A DNA stretch of 64,000 nt from Candidatus Rariloculaceae bacterium. GTDB taxonomy: Bacteria > Pseudomonadota > Gammaproteobacteria > Steroidobacterales > Rariloculaceae. Made by a program: the position numbers and the translations under genes. Every line of letters starts with the position of its first letter. Position 1 is the stretch's first letter. Under the pieces are notes generated by a model, which worked only from the letters and a program-made list of their open reading frames with translations, did not search any database and was not told the DNA's origin. Shown one piece after another: positions 36,518 through 46,162 of this stretch. Location of the stretch: contig OZ241971.1 of the NCBI GenBank assembly GCA_965204155.1, positions 128,100 through 192,099 of the forward strand, given 5' to 3'.

Positions 36518-38263
36518 TCAGTCCGCGAACTGCATGCGATAGAGGCTGCTGTAGATACCGCCACGGTCCAGAAGCTCCGCGTGGGTGCCATGCTCCACTG
36601 CCTCGCCTTCCCGGAGCACGACGATCAAGTCTGCGTTTTCCACCGTGGACAGCCTGTGGGCGATGACGAGCGTCGTGCACCCGGTCATCAGCGACTCGAG
36701 TGCCCGCTGCACGATTCGCTCCGATTCGGTATCCAGCGCCGACGTGGCTTCGTCCAGTATCAGGACGGGCGCGTTCTTGAGCACCGCCCGGGCGATGGCC
36801 ACGCGCTGCCGCTGCCCGCCGGAGAGCAGCATGCCGCGCTGCCCCACCGGCGTATCCAGCCCCTGGGGCAGTCCGGCAGCGAATTCGGTCACGAAGGCGG
36901 CCTCGGCTGCCGCCTCCACGGCCTCCCGCGGCGCATCCCCCAGCGCCCCAAGGGCAATATTGTGGGCAATGGTGTCGTCGAAGAGCAGCACATCCTGGCT
37001 GACAAGGCTCAGTTGACGGCGCAGGTCCCTGAGCCGATATTGCCGGATGTCCACACCGTCGAGCCGCACGTCACCTGCCTCCACATCGTAGAACCGGGGC
37101 AGCAAACCAACCAGCGTGCTCTTGCCGCTGCCGGACCGCCCGACGATCGCCACCGTGCTCCCCGCCGGAACCCGCAGACTGACGTCGTGCAGCACCCGGC
37201 CCTTGGCTTCGTCGTACGTGAAGCAGGCGCCGCGAAACTCCACGTCGCCCTGCGCGCGCTCCAACCGCCGCGTTCCGGTATCCGGCTCGCCGGGTTCATC
37301 CAGCGTCTCGAACAGCGTGATACCGGCGGCGATACCCCGTTGCAGGACAGCGTTGATGTTGACGAGCCGCTTCATGGGCGTGAGCATCATGCCCAGCGCA
37401 ACCAGGAAGCCGATGAACACGGGGGCATCCAGTCCCTGCAGCAGCGTCTCCGAAAACGCCAGCGCGATCATCGCACTGACGGCGATCGTCAACGTGTACT
37501 GAGAAAGGGCATCGCCTCCTGCGCGGGTCGCCACGAGCTTCATGAACTGCCTGCGATTGTGCTCGTTGATCTCCGAGAACCGCTGTTGCTGGTGCTTCTG
37601 GCCCTCGAATACCTTCACGATCCGCGCGCCCGACAAGGCTTCCTCGGTCACCCGCGTGGCATCGCCCATGGATGTCTGGATGCGCAATCCGTAACGCCGG
37701 AACGCGCGGCTCATGACAGCGACCAGCCCCGCGACGACCGGCGCGGCCACGGCCACCATGGCCGTCAGCAGGGGGCTGAACCAGATCATTGCACCGATTA
37801 GGACCACTACGGTCAGCGAATCGCGAATGGCGACCACCACGGCATTGGAAATGGCCTCGGCAACCTGCTCGGTGTTGTAGGTCAACTTTGATACCAGCGC
37901 ACCGGAGGAGTGGTTCTCGAAATACGAGATCGGCAGTTCCGTATAGCGCTCGAAGATCTGCGCGCGCAGGTCCCTGACCACCGACCGCCCCAGCCAGCCG
38001 AGGCCATAGACGGCGATGAAGTCCACGGTGGCGCGAACCATGAACGTGACGAACAACAGCAGCGGCACCAGCAGCGAGCCCGCGCCGCGGCCCTCGGACT
38101 CCAGCACCTCCACCACCTCGCTCATCAGGTAGGGCACGACCCCGTTGCTGCCGGCAGCCACAACCATCGCAACCATCGCGATCGGGAGCACCTTCCAGTG
38201 AGGCGCCACGTAGCTCAACAGGCGCCGGTAGACCAGCATGACTTGTGGGCGGGAATGCGGCAT
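36518..38263 (-). CDS. msbA: Lipid A export ABC transporter MsbA (fused permease/ATPase)
   Basis: 6-TM N-terminal half, Walker A GRSGSGKST, signature LSGGQRQR and Walker B ILILDEATS. Upstream of lpxK-kdsB as in E. coli. Start at ATG 38263. Confidence 0.9.
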   Translation of the reverse strand: MPHSRPQVMLVYRRLLSYVAPHWKVLPIAMVAMVVAAGSNGVVPYLMSEVVEVLESEGRGAGSLLVPLLLFVTFMVRATVDFIAVYGLGWLGRSVVRDLRAQIFERYTELPISYFENHSSGALVSKLTYNTEQVAEAISNAVVVAIRDSLTVVVLIGAMIWFSPLLTAMVAVAAPVVAGLVAVMSRAFRRYGLRIQTSMGDATRVTEEALSGARIVKVFEGQKHQQQRFSEINEHNRRQFMKLVATRAGGDALSQYTLTIAVSAMIALAFSETLLQGLDAPVFIGFLVALGMMLTPMKRLVNINAVLQRGIAAGITLFETLDEPGEPDTGTRRLERAQGDVEFRGACFTYDEAKGRVLHDVSLRVPAGSTVAIVGRSGSGKSTLVGLLPRFYDVEAGDVRLDGVDIRQYRLRDLRRQLSLVSQDVLLFDDTIAHNIALGALGDAPREAVEAAAEAAFVTEFAAGLPQGLDTPVGQRGMLLSGGQRQRVAIARAVLKNAPVLILDEATSALDTESERIVQRALESLMTGCTTLVIAHRLSTVENADLIVVLREGEAVEHGTHAELLDRGGIYSSLYRMQFAD

Positions 38264-38268
38264 CGGGC
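38232..38268. repeat. Direct repeat copy 1 (37 nt), covering the msbA start codon and first 10 codons
   Basis: accagcatgacTtgtgggcgggaatgcggcatcgggc matches 39576-39612 at 36 of 37 positions. Confidence 0.85.
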
Positions 38269-38471
38269 GCCCGAATAACAGCGAAGTGCGGCTCCGCACT
38301 ATAGCGCGCGCCTTGTATGCTCACAATGAAACCACCGGGATCGTGGCCTGTTCCGCCACGGATCATTGAAGTTCCAATATCGGCCCTGCGCTTGGCGCAG
38401 TCTTCAGGTGAGGGAATTTGCTGTCATTCGCCTGACAGGCTCGAAATTGGGCTGAAGGAACCTGTTTCGGC

Positions 38472-39509
38472 ATGGATGGGGAAAGGCTTGCGCGGGTAGA
38501 ATGGGGCTCGTTGAAAAGAATCAGGCTGATGAATCCTGCAGAGCCGAAACTTCACCCGACCGGTCCAGCCCTGGCGGATTGCCGGACTCCGCCTATCCTG
38601 CCGGGGCTCGAGTTCCCGGGCTGCACGCCCATCCCCTTGACGCGCTCCGATCTCGATGTTTACGAGGGCCGCCTGGAGTTCTGGGACGCCGAGGCGGCAA
38701 CGGCCTGGGTTGCCGAGCCGCCGGTGACGGCGGCCCACGAGCGCCCGTCGCATCGGCTGGCCGGGCTGGCCGAGCGCATCGCGCAGGTGCGCGGCTCGCC
38801 CATCGCCTGCCTGGGGCCGGTGGGCCTGGTCGTGCAGGACGCGGACCGTGCCCCCCGGCGCATCATGCAGGCGGACCAGTCGCTGTACCTGCGCCCGCTG
38901 TCGGCGAACCTGCCCTGGGACGTGTCGATGGTGGTCGGCGAGCACGATTTCCCCGATGTGGTGGTGGAGGTCGATCACTCCACGGACGCGCGCAGGGGAA
39001 AGCTGAAGCTGTACGAGGCGTGGGGCTTCCCGGAGGTGTGGATTCAGGTGCCGAGCGCGGCGTCGCCGAGCCGCCCGAAGAGCCGCCTGCCGGGGTTGAC
39101 CGTTTATTTGCTGGACGAAGGCGCGTACCGGGTTTCCGGAGAGAGCCGGGCGTTTCCGGGCTGGACAGCGGGTGAGATTCATGCCGCCCTGGACGAGCCG
39201 GTGCCGTCGGCTGCGACGATCGCGGTTCTGGAGCGTGTGGGCGCGGTGCTGGGCGCGCGCGAAGGTACCGGGCCGGACGACGACCCACTGATGCGCTCGC
39301 AGCGCCAGCAGGCCAGGGAGCAGAGCCTGGCAGCCCATCGGGAAACGCTGCGCCGCCTCGCGGAGCCGAAGTTCGGCAACGTGGCCGCGTCGGAATTCGC
39401 CCGCCGGCTGGAATCCGTCACCAACCCGGTACTTCTTTCCAAAGCCGGCGAACGAATCATCGCCTGCGAGACGGCGGATGAGCTGCTGGACCATCCAACT
39501 GCCCGTTAG
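38472..39509 (+). CDS. Uma2-family (DUF820-type, PD-(D/E)XK-like) putative endonuclease with a DUF4351/Rpn-like C-terminal tail
   Basis: Core FPDVVVEVDHSTDARRGKLKLYEAWGFPEVWIQV matches the Uma2 pattern (PD..vEv.S....d...K...Y...G..EyW). The tail RRLAEPKFGNVAASEFARRLESVTNP..L...GERIIACETADELL aligns with the tail of 52773..53825. The start is uncertain (38472 or 38529). Confidence 0.6.
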   Translation: MDGERLARVEWGSLKRIRLMNPAEPKLHPTGPALADCRTPPILPGLEFPGCTPIPLTRSDLDVYEGRLEFWDAEAATAWVAEPPVTAAHERPSHRLAGLAERIAQVRGSPIACLGPVGLVVQDADRAPRRIMQADQSLYLRPLSANLPWDVSMVVGEHDFPDVVVEVDHSTDARRGKLKLYEAWGFPEVWIQVPSAASPSRPKSRLPGLTVYLLDEGAYRVSGESRAFPGWTAGEIHAALDEPVPSAATIAVLERVGAVLGAREGTGPDDDPLMRSQRQQAREQSLAAHRETLRRLAEPKFGNVAASEFARRLESVTNPVLLSKAGERIIACETADELLDHPTAR

Positions 39510-39575
39510 CCCGAGCCAAGGCGTTTAACCGCTGGCCTGCGATCATTCGAGACGTTTGGCGAAGATCACGAACAA

Positions 39576-39612
39576 ACCAGCATGACTCGTGGGCGGGAAT
39601 GCGGCATCGGGC
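39576..39612. repeat. Direct repeat copy 2 (37 nt), a relic copy of the msbA 5' end
   Basis: accagcatgacCcgtgggcgggaatgcggcatcgggc-type copy. On the minus strand it reads ATG CCG CAT TCC CGC CCA CGA GTC ATG CTG GT, then diverges and hits a stop after 13 codons. Confidence 0.85.
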
Positions 39613-39765
39613 AGCAGCAGGCGGGGAGAGAAGTTGTTTTGACAATGCCGGTACGGATGCGTGCGAGCGTCTGCGCTGCATCATTCGCTTCTTTTAGGCA
39701 TCCTTCACGCCGGTCCCCCGGCAGATCGCGCGCGCCCCATCAGCGACTTGTTTCCAGGCACGGTT

Positions 39766-41739
39766 TCAATTCTCAGGATGCTCAGCTCTCAAGTACCGAT
39801 CGAGAAAACGAACGTACGCCTCGGAAGCTGCAATCCGGTTTTCGCGTTTTCTGAACCCGTGGCCCTCGTCGGGAAACACCAGGTATTCCACCGGCACGCC
39901 GTTGTTCCGCACCGCGGCTACCAGTTCGTCGCTCTCCACCTGCAGAACGCGCGGATCGTTGGCGCCCTGCACCACGAGCATGGGTCTTGCAATCCGATGC
40001 GCATGAAACAGCGGCGAGATGCGTCGATGGCGTTCGATGTCGGTCGCAGGGTCTCCCATCTCATCGTACAGCGCTTCCCTGAATGACGCCCACCAGGGCG
40101 GGATGCTCTGAAGAGTTCGCACCCAGTTCGTGACACCGAAAATGTCGATGCCGACGTCGAAGGCATCTGGTTCGAATGCGAGCGCCGCCGCCACCATGAA
40201 GCCGCCATACGAACCACCGATAACGCCGACTCGAGTGCCGTCGATCCAGTCCTGCGATGCGAGGTACGTTCTGGCGTGGACGATATCGCCGAGATCTTCC
40301 TCGCCGTGACGCCTGTCGTCCAGATGAAAGAAAGTCTTGCCGTAACCGGAAGAGCCGCGGTTGTTCGCGGCCAGGACGGCAAAACCGTGATTCACCAGAT
40401 GCTGGATCACCGCGCGGTACCCGGTCACGCTCTGGCCTCCCGGTCCCCCGTGCACCCACACCATCGCCGGCACCGGATGCTGCGCGTTTGCGCCGTGGGG
40501 TCGATAAAGAATCGACGGAATCTCGAGATCGTCGAAGCTGCGATAACGAATGATCTCGCCTCGAACCAGATGAGAGGGATCAATCTCGGGATTAAGCGCC
40601 TGTGTCAGCTGTCGCGAAGCGCCTTCGACAAGATCGACGAGATGAATGTTCGGGGGCGAGTCATCTGCGTCCACGATAAGGGCGAGCGCTGTCTCGTCGG
40701 CGGAGAAACCCACGCTGCCGAGATTGCCTTGTGGCAGCGCCGGCAGGTCCAGGTCGCTTCCGGCGCCCATGTCGTGCAGCGTGAGCTGGGTTGTCGCATC
40801 CGCGTTGATTGCTGACACCCGGTAGCGACCTGACGGCGAGTAGTCGACGTAGCTGACATCCCAGGGCGCCTCGATCAGCCGCGATCGCGTGCCGTTCTGA
40901 AGATCATACCGCCACGCCTGGCGGAACTCGCCGTGTTCATCCGTCCCGTACACCAGATATCGGCTGTCTGGTGTGAAATCAAACGTCCGATGCTCGATGT
41001 TCCCGGCGTGTGCGGTAATCAGAACCGGAGTCTGCGGTTCACGGCCAAGATCGACGAGGTAGATGTCGGAATCGGCGCTGGTTCGCGGCTTGTCCAGTGC
41101 CAGCCAGCGCCCGTCCGGGCTGAGGTCTGCGATCTCGAAACCGGTGTTCTCGTAGAGTAGTTCGCGTTCGTAGTCGGCCGTCGCGTAGCGGTACAGATCG
41201 AAGTTTCGTTGATCGCGCTCGGTGGAAAGAACGAAAAAGCTCGCTCTGTCTGCACTCCATTTGAAGAACGACGCCTTCAACGCGTCTCCCGGCGTCAGAT
41301 CGCGAACACGGCCATCAGCCTCGCGGACGAAGACGTGATTGAGTTCGTCGCCGCCGTTGTCGGCGGTGTAGAGGATTCGATCATCGTCGGGGAACCAGCT
41401 AAGCGCGAAGATCGCGTCGTCTTCGGAGTGCGTCAGCGGCTGCGGTGGCGTCCCATCAAGTGGCAGTACCCAGGCGTTGTAGACTCCGGTCTGATCCGAA
41501 GAGATGAGCAATGAACGGTCGTCGGAGGAAAATGCCCGGCCTTCCGGCGGCACCAGATCGTAGCTTGTGGTTTCGTAAAAGGCTCGCGCGCTGTATCTCG
41601 GGACGGATACCGGTTCCGCAGACTGCGGCGACTCGGCTGGCGACTCAGCCATATGTTCTCCGCAAGCCGCAACAAACAGGCTGGTGAAAATCCACAGAAC
41701 GTTTCCAATAAATCTGGATGGTGCTCCGGAGCTTGCCAT
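39766..41739 (-). CDS. S9-family serine peptidase (prolyl oligopeptidase / dipeptidyl peptidase type) with an N-terminal beta-propeller; probable lipoprotein
   Basis: Lipobox-like LFVAAC. Catalytic triad contexts GGSYGGFM (Ser), GANDPRV (Asp) and DEGHGF (His). Confidence 0.8.
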   Translation of the reverse strand: MASSGAPSRFIGNVLWIFTSLFVAACGEHMAESPAESPQSAEPVSVPRYSARAFYETTSYDLVPPEGRAFSSDDRSLLISSDQTGVYNAWVLPLDGTPPQPLTHSEDDAIFALSWFPDDDRILYTADNGGDELNHVFVREADGRVRDLTPGDALKASFFKWSADRASFFVLSTERDQRNFDLYRYATADYERELLYENTGFEIADLSPDGRWLALDKPRTSADSDIYLVDLGREPQTPVLITAHAGNIEHRTFDFTPDSRYLVYGTDEHGEFRQAWRYDLQNGTRSRLIEAPWDVSYVDYSPSGRYRVSAINADATTQLTLHDMGAGSDLDLPALPQGNLGSVGFSADETALALIVDADDSPPNIHLVDLVEGASRQLTQALNPEIDPSHLVRGEIIRYRSFDDLEIPSILYRPHGANAQHPVPAMVWVHGGPGGQSVTGYRAVIQHLVNHGFAVLAANNRGSSGYGKTFFHLDDRRHGEEDLGDIVHARTYLASQDWIDGTRVGVIGGSYGGFMVAAALAFEPDAFDVGIDIFGVTNWVRTLQSIPPWWASFREALYDEMGDPATDIERHRRISPLFHAHRIARPMLVVQGANDPRVLQVESDELVAAVRNNGVPVEYLVFPDEGHGFRKRENRIAASEAYVRFLDRYLRAEHPEN

Positions 41740-41900
41740 GCCGGGATTCTAGCCCAGAAAACGGGATGGTTCACAGCTCGCGCTCGGATTGACGTGCTAT
41801 CCAATTGACGGCGCGATGCAAGGGAGCATGCTTGACCAAATTGGTCGACCGAAGTGAACAACATCCAATGTTCGCTGCACCTGGACGTTCATGAGTCAGG

Positions 41901-44222
41901 TCAGTTCCAATATCGACGCTGCCTGGCACGCTGTCCTTGCACTTGAACGGGCTTGCCGGGCTCGAATATCACCCGAACTGCGCCCGTATCGCCAGTCGAC
42001 ATGATCGCCGCCGCAGCGCCCTGCCAGCGTTGGACGACCTGCGGTTTCGGGAACCCCCAGTGGTTCAGATGGCCGGCGGAGTTGATCGCGTAGCTGGCTC
42101 CAACGGCGCCGACGAGCGCAGACGAAGACGAAGTCGCGCTGCCGTGATGGGGTACGACGACGACATCGCTGGACAGCGCGGCGGCATCGGCCATGAGCGC
42201 GCGTTCTCCGGCCTTCTCCACATCACCCGTCAGCAGCAGGCTGCCGGCAAGCGTGACGACCTTGAGCACACAGGAACTGTCGTTTCCTCGGTGGTGAAAC
42301 GCCGGATAGGGATGCAGGACCTCGAAGTGCACTTCATCCCACGTCCAGGCCTGCCCGGTCTGGCAGATCTCCCCGCCCGGCAGTTCCACATCCGGCCCCA
42401 TGACCAATCTGGCTTCGGGAAATGCTTCCAGCACGGCCGGCACGCCGCCCGCGTGATCGTTGTCTGAGTGGCTGACCATCACCATATCCAGCGATTTCCA
42501 CGACTTCGCGCGCATGGCCGGGAGGACTATTTCCCGGCCGGTGTCGAATCCGGAGCGGTACAGCGCCCCGGCATCGTAGAGCAGCGTGTGGGAACGGGTT
42601 TCGACCAGCACCGCCAATCCGTGGCCCACGTCGAGGACGTCGACCTCGGCACCCCCCTTGTCGGGTCGAGCCGGCTCCCACCAGAGGATCGGCACCAGCG
42701 TCAGCCACGCCAGGTTGCGGGCAGGCAGGGGAAACGCCGCCAGCGCCGCGGCGGTACCCAGGGCAGCGCCCCCCAGAACCCAAAGCGGCGGAGGCGCCAG
42801 GAGGACCGAGGACCCGGGCCATTCACCGGCCGCGGCCATGAGGTCCCACGTCCATTGCATGGGGAAACCGGCGAGAGCGACCAGATGCTCCCCCGCCGGA
42901 TGCAACTGCACCACAGCCGCGGAAGCCAGCGTCAGCGGCACCAACACGAAGCTGAACAGGGGAATGGCAATGACGTTGACAAGGGGCGAGATCAGTGAAA
43001 CCTGGTTGAAGAACAGTGCCGTGACCGGTACCAGACCCAGGCTCATGCACCATTGCACGCGTGCGATAGTGGCAACCGGACGCAATGCGCCGCGCGCCTG
43101 TCCGCGTGCCTGCTCGCTGCGCGCCAGTTGCCAGAGCAGCGCCACCGCGACGAACGACAACCAGAACGAGGCGCTTAGCGGCGCAACCGGATCCCACGCA
43201 ACCACCAGCAGAACGGCAGCCGAAAGCCCGCTGGACATGCTCACCGAACGCCGGCTGAGCAATGCCAGTTGCGCCACGATCAGCATGATCAGCGCGCGCT
43301 GCGTGGGGACGGTGAATCCGGCCAGCGCCGCGTACAGGGCCGCCGCGAGGATACTGGCCCACGCCGCCAGTTCCGCATTGCGCGTGGCTGCTTCCGCAGG
43401 CAGCCGCAAGGCCGCCCGGCGGACGACCAGAAACACCAATCCCGCCACCAGGCCGACGTGCAGGCCCGAGATCGCCACCAGGTGACTGGTGCCCGTGCGC
43501 TGCAACGTGCGCCAGTGCGAATCCTCAAACCCGAATCGTTCGCCGATACTCAGCGCCACCTGCAATGCCGCCGCGTCCGGCGTCGCCGCCGCCGCCCGTA
43601 TCGATTCGGCGAGACGGGCACGGAACATCAGCCACCGCCTTGGAATTCCGCCGGTCTCTTGCACGGCGGCGCTGCCCTCCCGGACGTATCCCGTCGCCCC
43701 ATAGCCCTCCTGAAAGAGCCACCGTGCATAGTCGAATCCGCCAGGATTCACCAGGCCGCGGGGCCGCTTGAGCCTGACAACCAGATCGAGAGCGCTGCCG
43801 GGCGCGATTGCGTCCGGCGGCGGGTCGTACCAGGTCAAACGCAGCCGGTCCGGCACGGTTCCCTCGGGTTCACCGGCCTGCACCCGAAACGAAAAGCTCA
43901 CCTGCTCCGCCGATTCGTTGGGAAAACCGTCTACCCAGCCCGATACGGCGAAGTCCTGGCCCTGAAGCTCGATCGGCAACCAGTCGGACAAGTGCGAGTG
44001 AATGTGCCCGGCCGTCCAGACCGCCCCGGCGGCAAACCACAGCAGCCACCGCCAGCGCGCGAACCACCAGGCGCACGCCACGGCGGCCAGCAACCCCAGG
44101 GCCTGCAGCCATCCCAAGGACTCGGGCATTCGGTGGACAATTACGGTGGCTGCCAGCCACGCCGTGGCAGCGGCGACTACGCCGCCGGACGGGACTCGCG
44201 GAAGATTCCAGGTGCGCCGCAT
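41901..44222 (-). CDS. comEC: DNA internalisation-related competence protein ComEC/Rec2
   Basis: Multi-TM competence domain followed by an MBL domain (VLDVGHGLAVLV, VSHSDNDHAGG). Confidence 0.85.
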   Translation of the reverse strand: MRRTWNLPRVPSGGVVAAATAWLAATVIVHRMPESLGWLQALGLLAAVACAWWFARWRWLLWFAAGAVWTAGHIHSHLSDWLPIELQGQDFAVSGWVDGFPNESAEQVSFSFRVQAGEPEGTVPDRLRLTWYDPPPDAIAPGSALDLVVRLKRPRGLVNPGGFDYARWLFQEGYGATGYVREGSAAVQETGGIPRRWLMFRARLAESIRAAAATPDAAALQVALSIGERFGFEDSHWRTLQRTGTSHLVAISGLHVGLVAGLVFLVVRRAALRLPAEAATRNAELAAWASILAAALYAALAGFTVPTQRALIMLIVAQLALLSRRSVSMSSGLSAAVLLVVAWDPVAPLSASFWLSFVAVALLWQLARSEQARGQARGALRPVATIARVQWCMSLGLVPVTALFFNQVSLISPLVNVIAIPLFSFVLVPLTLASAAVVQLHPAGEHLVALAGFPMQWTWDLMAAAGEWPGSSVLLAPPPLWVLGGAALGTAAALAAFPLPARNLAWLTLVPILWWEPARPDKGGAEVDVLDVGHGLAVLVETRSHTLLYDAGALYRSGFDTGREIVLPAMRAKSWKSLDMVMVSHSDNDHAGGVPAVLEAFPEARLVMGPDVELPGGEICQTGQAWTWDEVHFEVLHPYPAFHHRGNDSSCVLKVVTLAGSLLLTGDVEKAGERALMADAAALSSDVVVVPHHGSATSSSSALVGAVGASYAINSAGHLNHWGFPKPQVVQRWQGAAAAIMSTGDTGAVRVIFEPGKPVQVQGQRARQRRYWN

Positions 44223-44238
44223 GGCTTGCTGCCCGCCT

Positions 44239-44922
44239 TCAGTTCAGCGCGTACAACACTCCGTCGCGCAGTTCCAGCGTTCGATCCATGCGGGCAGCCA
44301 GGTCCGGATCGTGCGTTACGACCACCAGGCTGGTGCCCAGGTCCGCGTTGAGTTCGAGCATGAGGTCGAATACCCGGGCGCCGGTGGGGCGATCCAGGTT
44401 GCCGGTGGGCTCATCGGCCAGTACCACGGCGGGGCGGGTCACCAGCGCTCGCGCTACGGCGGTCCGCTGGCGTTCGCCGCCGGATAGTTGCCCGGGCCGA
44501 TGTGTCAGCCGTTCCTCGAGGCCCACGCGCACGAGCAATTCCTCGGCTCGGGCGGCGGCCTCCGCCGGCGCATCGCCCCGGACCAGCAAGGGCATGGCCA
44601 CGTTCTCCAGCGTGCTGAACTCCGGCAGCAGGTGATGGAACTGGTAGACAAACCCTAGCGCCCGGTTGCGCAGCGCGCCCCTGCGGTTGTTGCTCAATCG
44701 GGTCATCGCCTCGCCGCACACCCGGACCTCGCCCGCGGTGGCCTTGTCCAGGCCGCCCAGCAACTGCAGCAGCGTACTCTTGCCGGAACCCGAGGCGCCG
44801 ACAATGGCGACACGATCCCCGGTATCCACGCTCAGATCCACCCCGCGCAGGACTTCGAGCGTGCGGCCGGCTTCCGTGAAATGCTTGACCAGGCCTTCGA
44901 CTGCGAGCACCGGTTCATTCAT
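44239..44922 (-). CDS. lolD: Lipoprotein-releasing system ATP-binding protein LolD
   Basis: Walker [12 protein letters not shown], signature LSGGERQR and Walker [13 protein letters not shown]. Start at ATG 44922, overlapping the upstream permease stop by 8 nt. Confidence 0.9.
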   Translation of the reverse strand: MNEPVLAVEGLVKHFTEAGRTLEVLRGVDLSVDTGDRVAIVGASGSGKSTLLQLLGGLDKATAGEVRVCGEAMTRLSNNRRGALRNRALGFVYQFHHLLPEFSTLENVAMPLLVRGDAPAEAAARAEELLVRVGLEERLTHRPGQLSGGERQRTAVARALVTRPAVVLADEPTGNLDRPTGARVFDLMLELNADLGTSLVVVTHDPDLAARMDRTLELRDGVLYALN

Positions 44923-46162
44923 GGCGCAAAGCCTCCACCGGCGGTTGCCTGGATGCGCTGAACGCGGGATACAACGTGGCCGAAATCGCCAGCACAACGG
45001 CGAGCACGGCAATCTGAATCACCTCTGCGGGGCGAATGTCCGTCGGCAGGTCGCTGATGAAGTACACCTCTTCCGACAGCAGGTCGATGCCCAGCACGGT
45101 CTCGAGGATTGCCACCATGCCGCCCAGTTGGCTGGCGATGAGGATTCCCAGCGCGACGCCGAATGCCGTACCGATCACGCCGATCATCGTGCCCTGGGTC
45201 GCGAACAGTGCGGTGATGCTGCGCGAGGAGGCGCCGAAACTCTGCAGAATGGCGATGTCCGAGCGCTTGTCGCGCACCACCATGACGAGGGTGGACAGGA
45301 TGTTGAATACCGCCACCGCGATCACCAGGGAAAAGATGACGAACATGATGGACTTGGTGAGCTGGATGGACCGGAAGAAATTGACGTGCTGCCCGGTCCA
45401 GTCCCCGATGTAGAACCCGCCGCCCAGAGCCCGGGCCAGGTCCAGCGCGACACTGCCCGCCCGGAAGATATCCGCAACCGCAAGGCGCAGCCCGGTAGCC
45501 TCGCCGCCAGTGCGGAACAACCGTGCAGCGTCTTCCAGGTGAATGTAGACGAGCCCGCGATCGTACTCGAACATGCCGGCCTCGAACGTACCGGCGATGT
45601 GCAAGACCCGCGTCCGGGGCGTCAGGCCCACGGGCGTGACCGTGCCCTGGGCCAGGATAAGGACCACGGAGTCGCCGACGCCGACATCCAGTTCCTCTGC
45701 AAGCGCAGTGCCGATGAGCGTCCGGTAGGCCCCCTGCTGAAGGTCTTCCAGGCTGCCTTGCCCGAGTAGCGTTTCAATCACCGACACGTCGGACTCAAGC
45801 TCAGGGTCGATACCGCGCACCTGGACGCCCGCAAGCGCTTCCTCGGCCATCAACAAACCCTGGCCGTCCACATAGGGCGCCGCGCCGATCACGTCCGGGC
45901 TCGCCAGAACGCTGTCACGCATGCTCCGCCAATCCTCGAGCGGCGCATCCACCCCGCTGATCGTCGCGTGGGACACGATGTTGAGAATTCTTTGCCGCAG
46001 CTCATGTTCAAATCCGTTCATTACCGAGAGCACGACAATTAATACCGCGACTGCAAGGCCGATGCCTACCATCGAAACCAGCGATATGAACGAGATAAAG
46101 CCGTTTTTGCCCCGCACACGCAGGTAACGCAGGGCCATGGAAATCTCATAGGGCTGTCTCAT
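44915..46162 (-). CDS. Lipoprotein-releasing ABC transporter permease, LolC/LolE family
   Basis: 415 aa. MacB-like periplasmic domain between TM1 and TM2 and a C-terminal FtsX domain. Paralog of the adjacent 46159..47406 gene. Confidence 0.85.
   Translation of the reverse strand: MRQPYEISMALRYLRVRGKNGFISFISLVSMVGIGLAVAVLIVVLSVMNGFEHELRQRILNIVSHATISGVDAPLEDWRSMRDSVLASPDVIGAAPYVDGQGLLMAEEALAGVQVRGIDPELESDVSVIETLLGQGSLEDLQQGAYRTLIGTALAEELDVGVGDSVVLILAQGTVTPVGLTPRTRVLHIAGTFEAGMFEYDRGLVYIHLEDAARLFRTGGEATGLRLAVADIFRAGSVALDLARALGGGFYIGDWTGQHVNFFRSIQLTKSIMFVIFSLVIAVAVFNILSTLVMVVRDKRSDIAILQSFGASSRSITALFATQGTMIGVIGTAFGVALGILIASQLGGMVAILETVLGIDLLSEEVYFISDLPTDIRPAEVIQIAVLAVVLAISATLYPAFSASRQPPVEALRHE

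Noticed and set aside
38269-38471. Additional gene or promoter element between msbA and the Uma2-like gene (for example the 60-aa ORF 38317..38499)
   Set aside because: The ORF has no Shine-Dalgarno sequence or motif and a composition like non-coding sequence. The region is better explained as the left part of the repeat-bounded insert.
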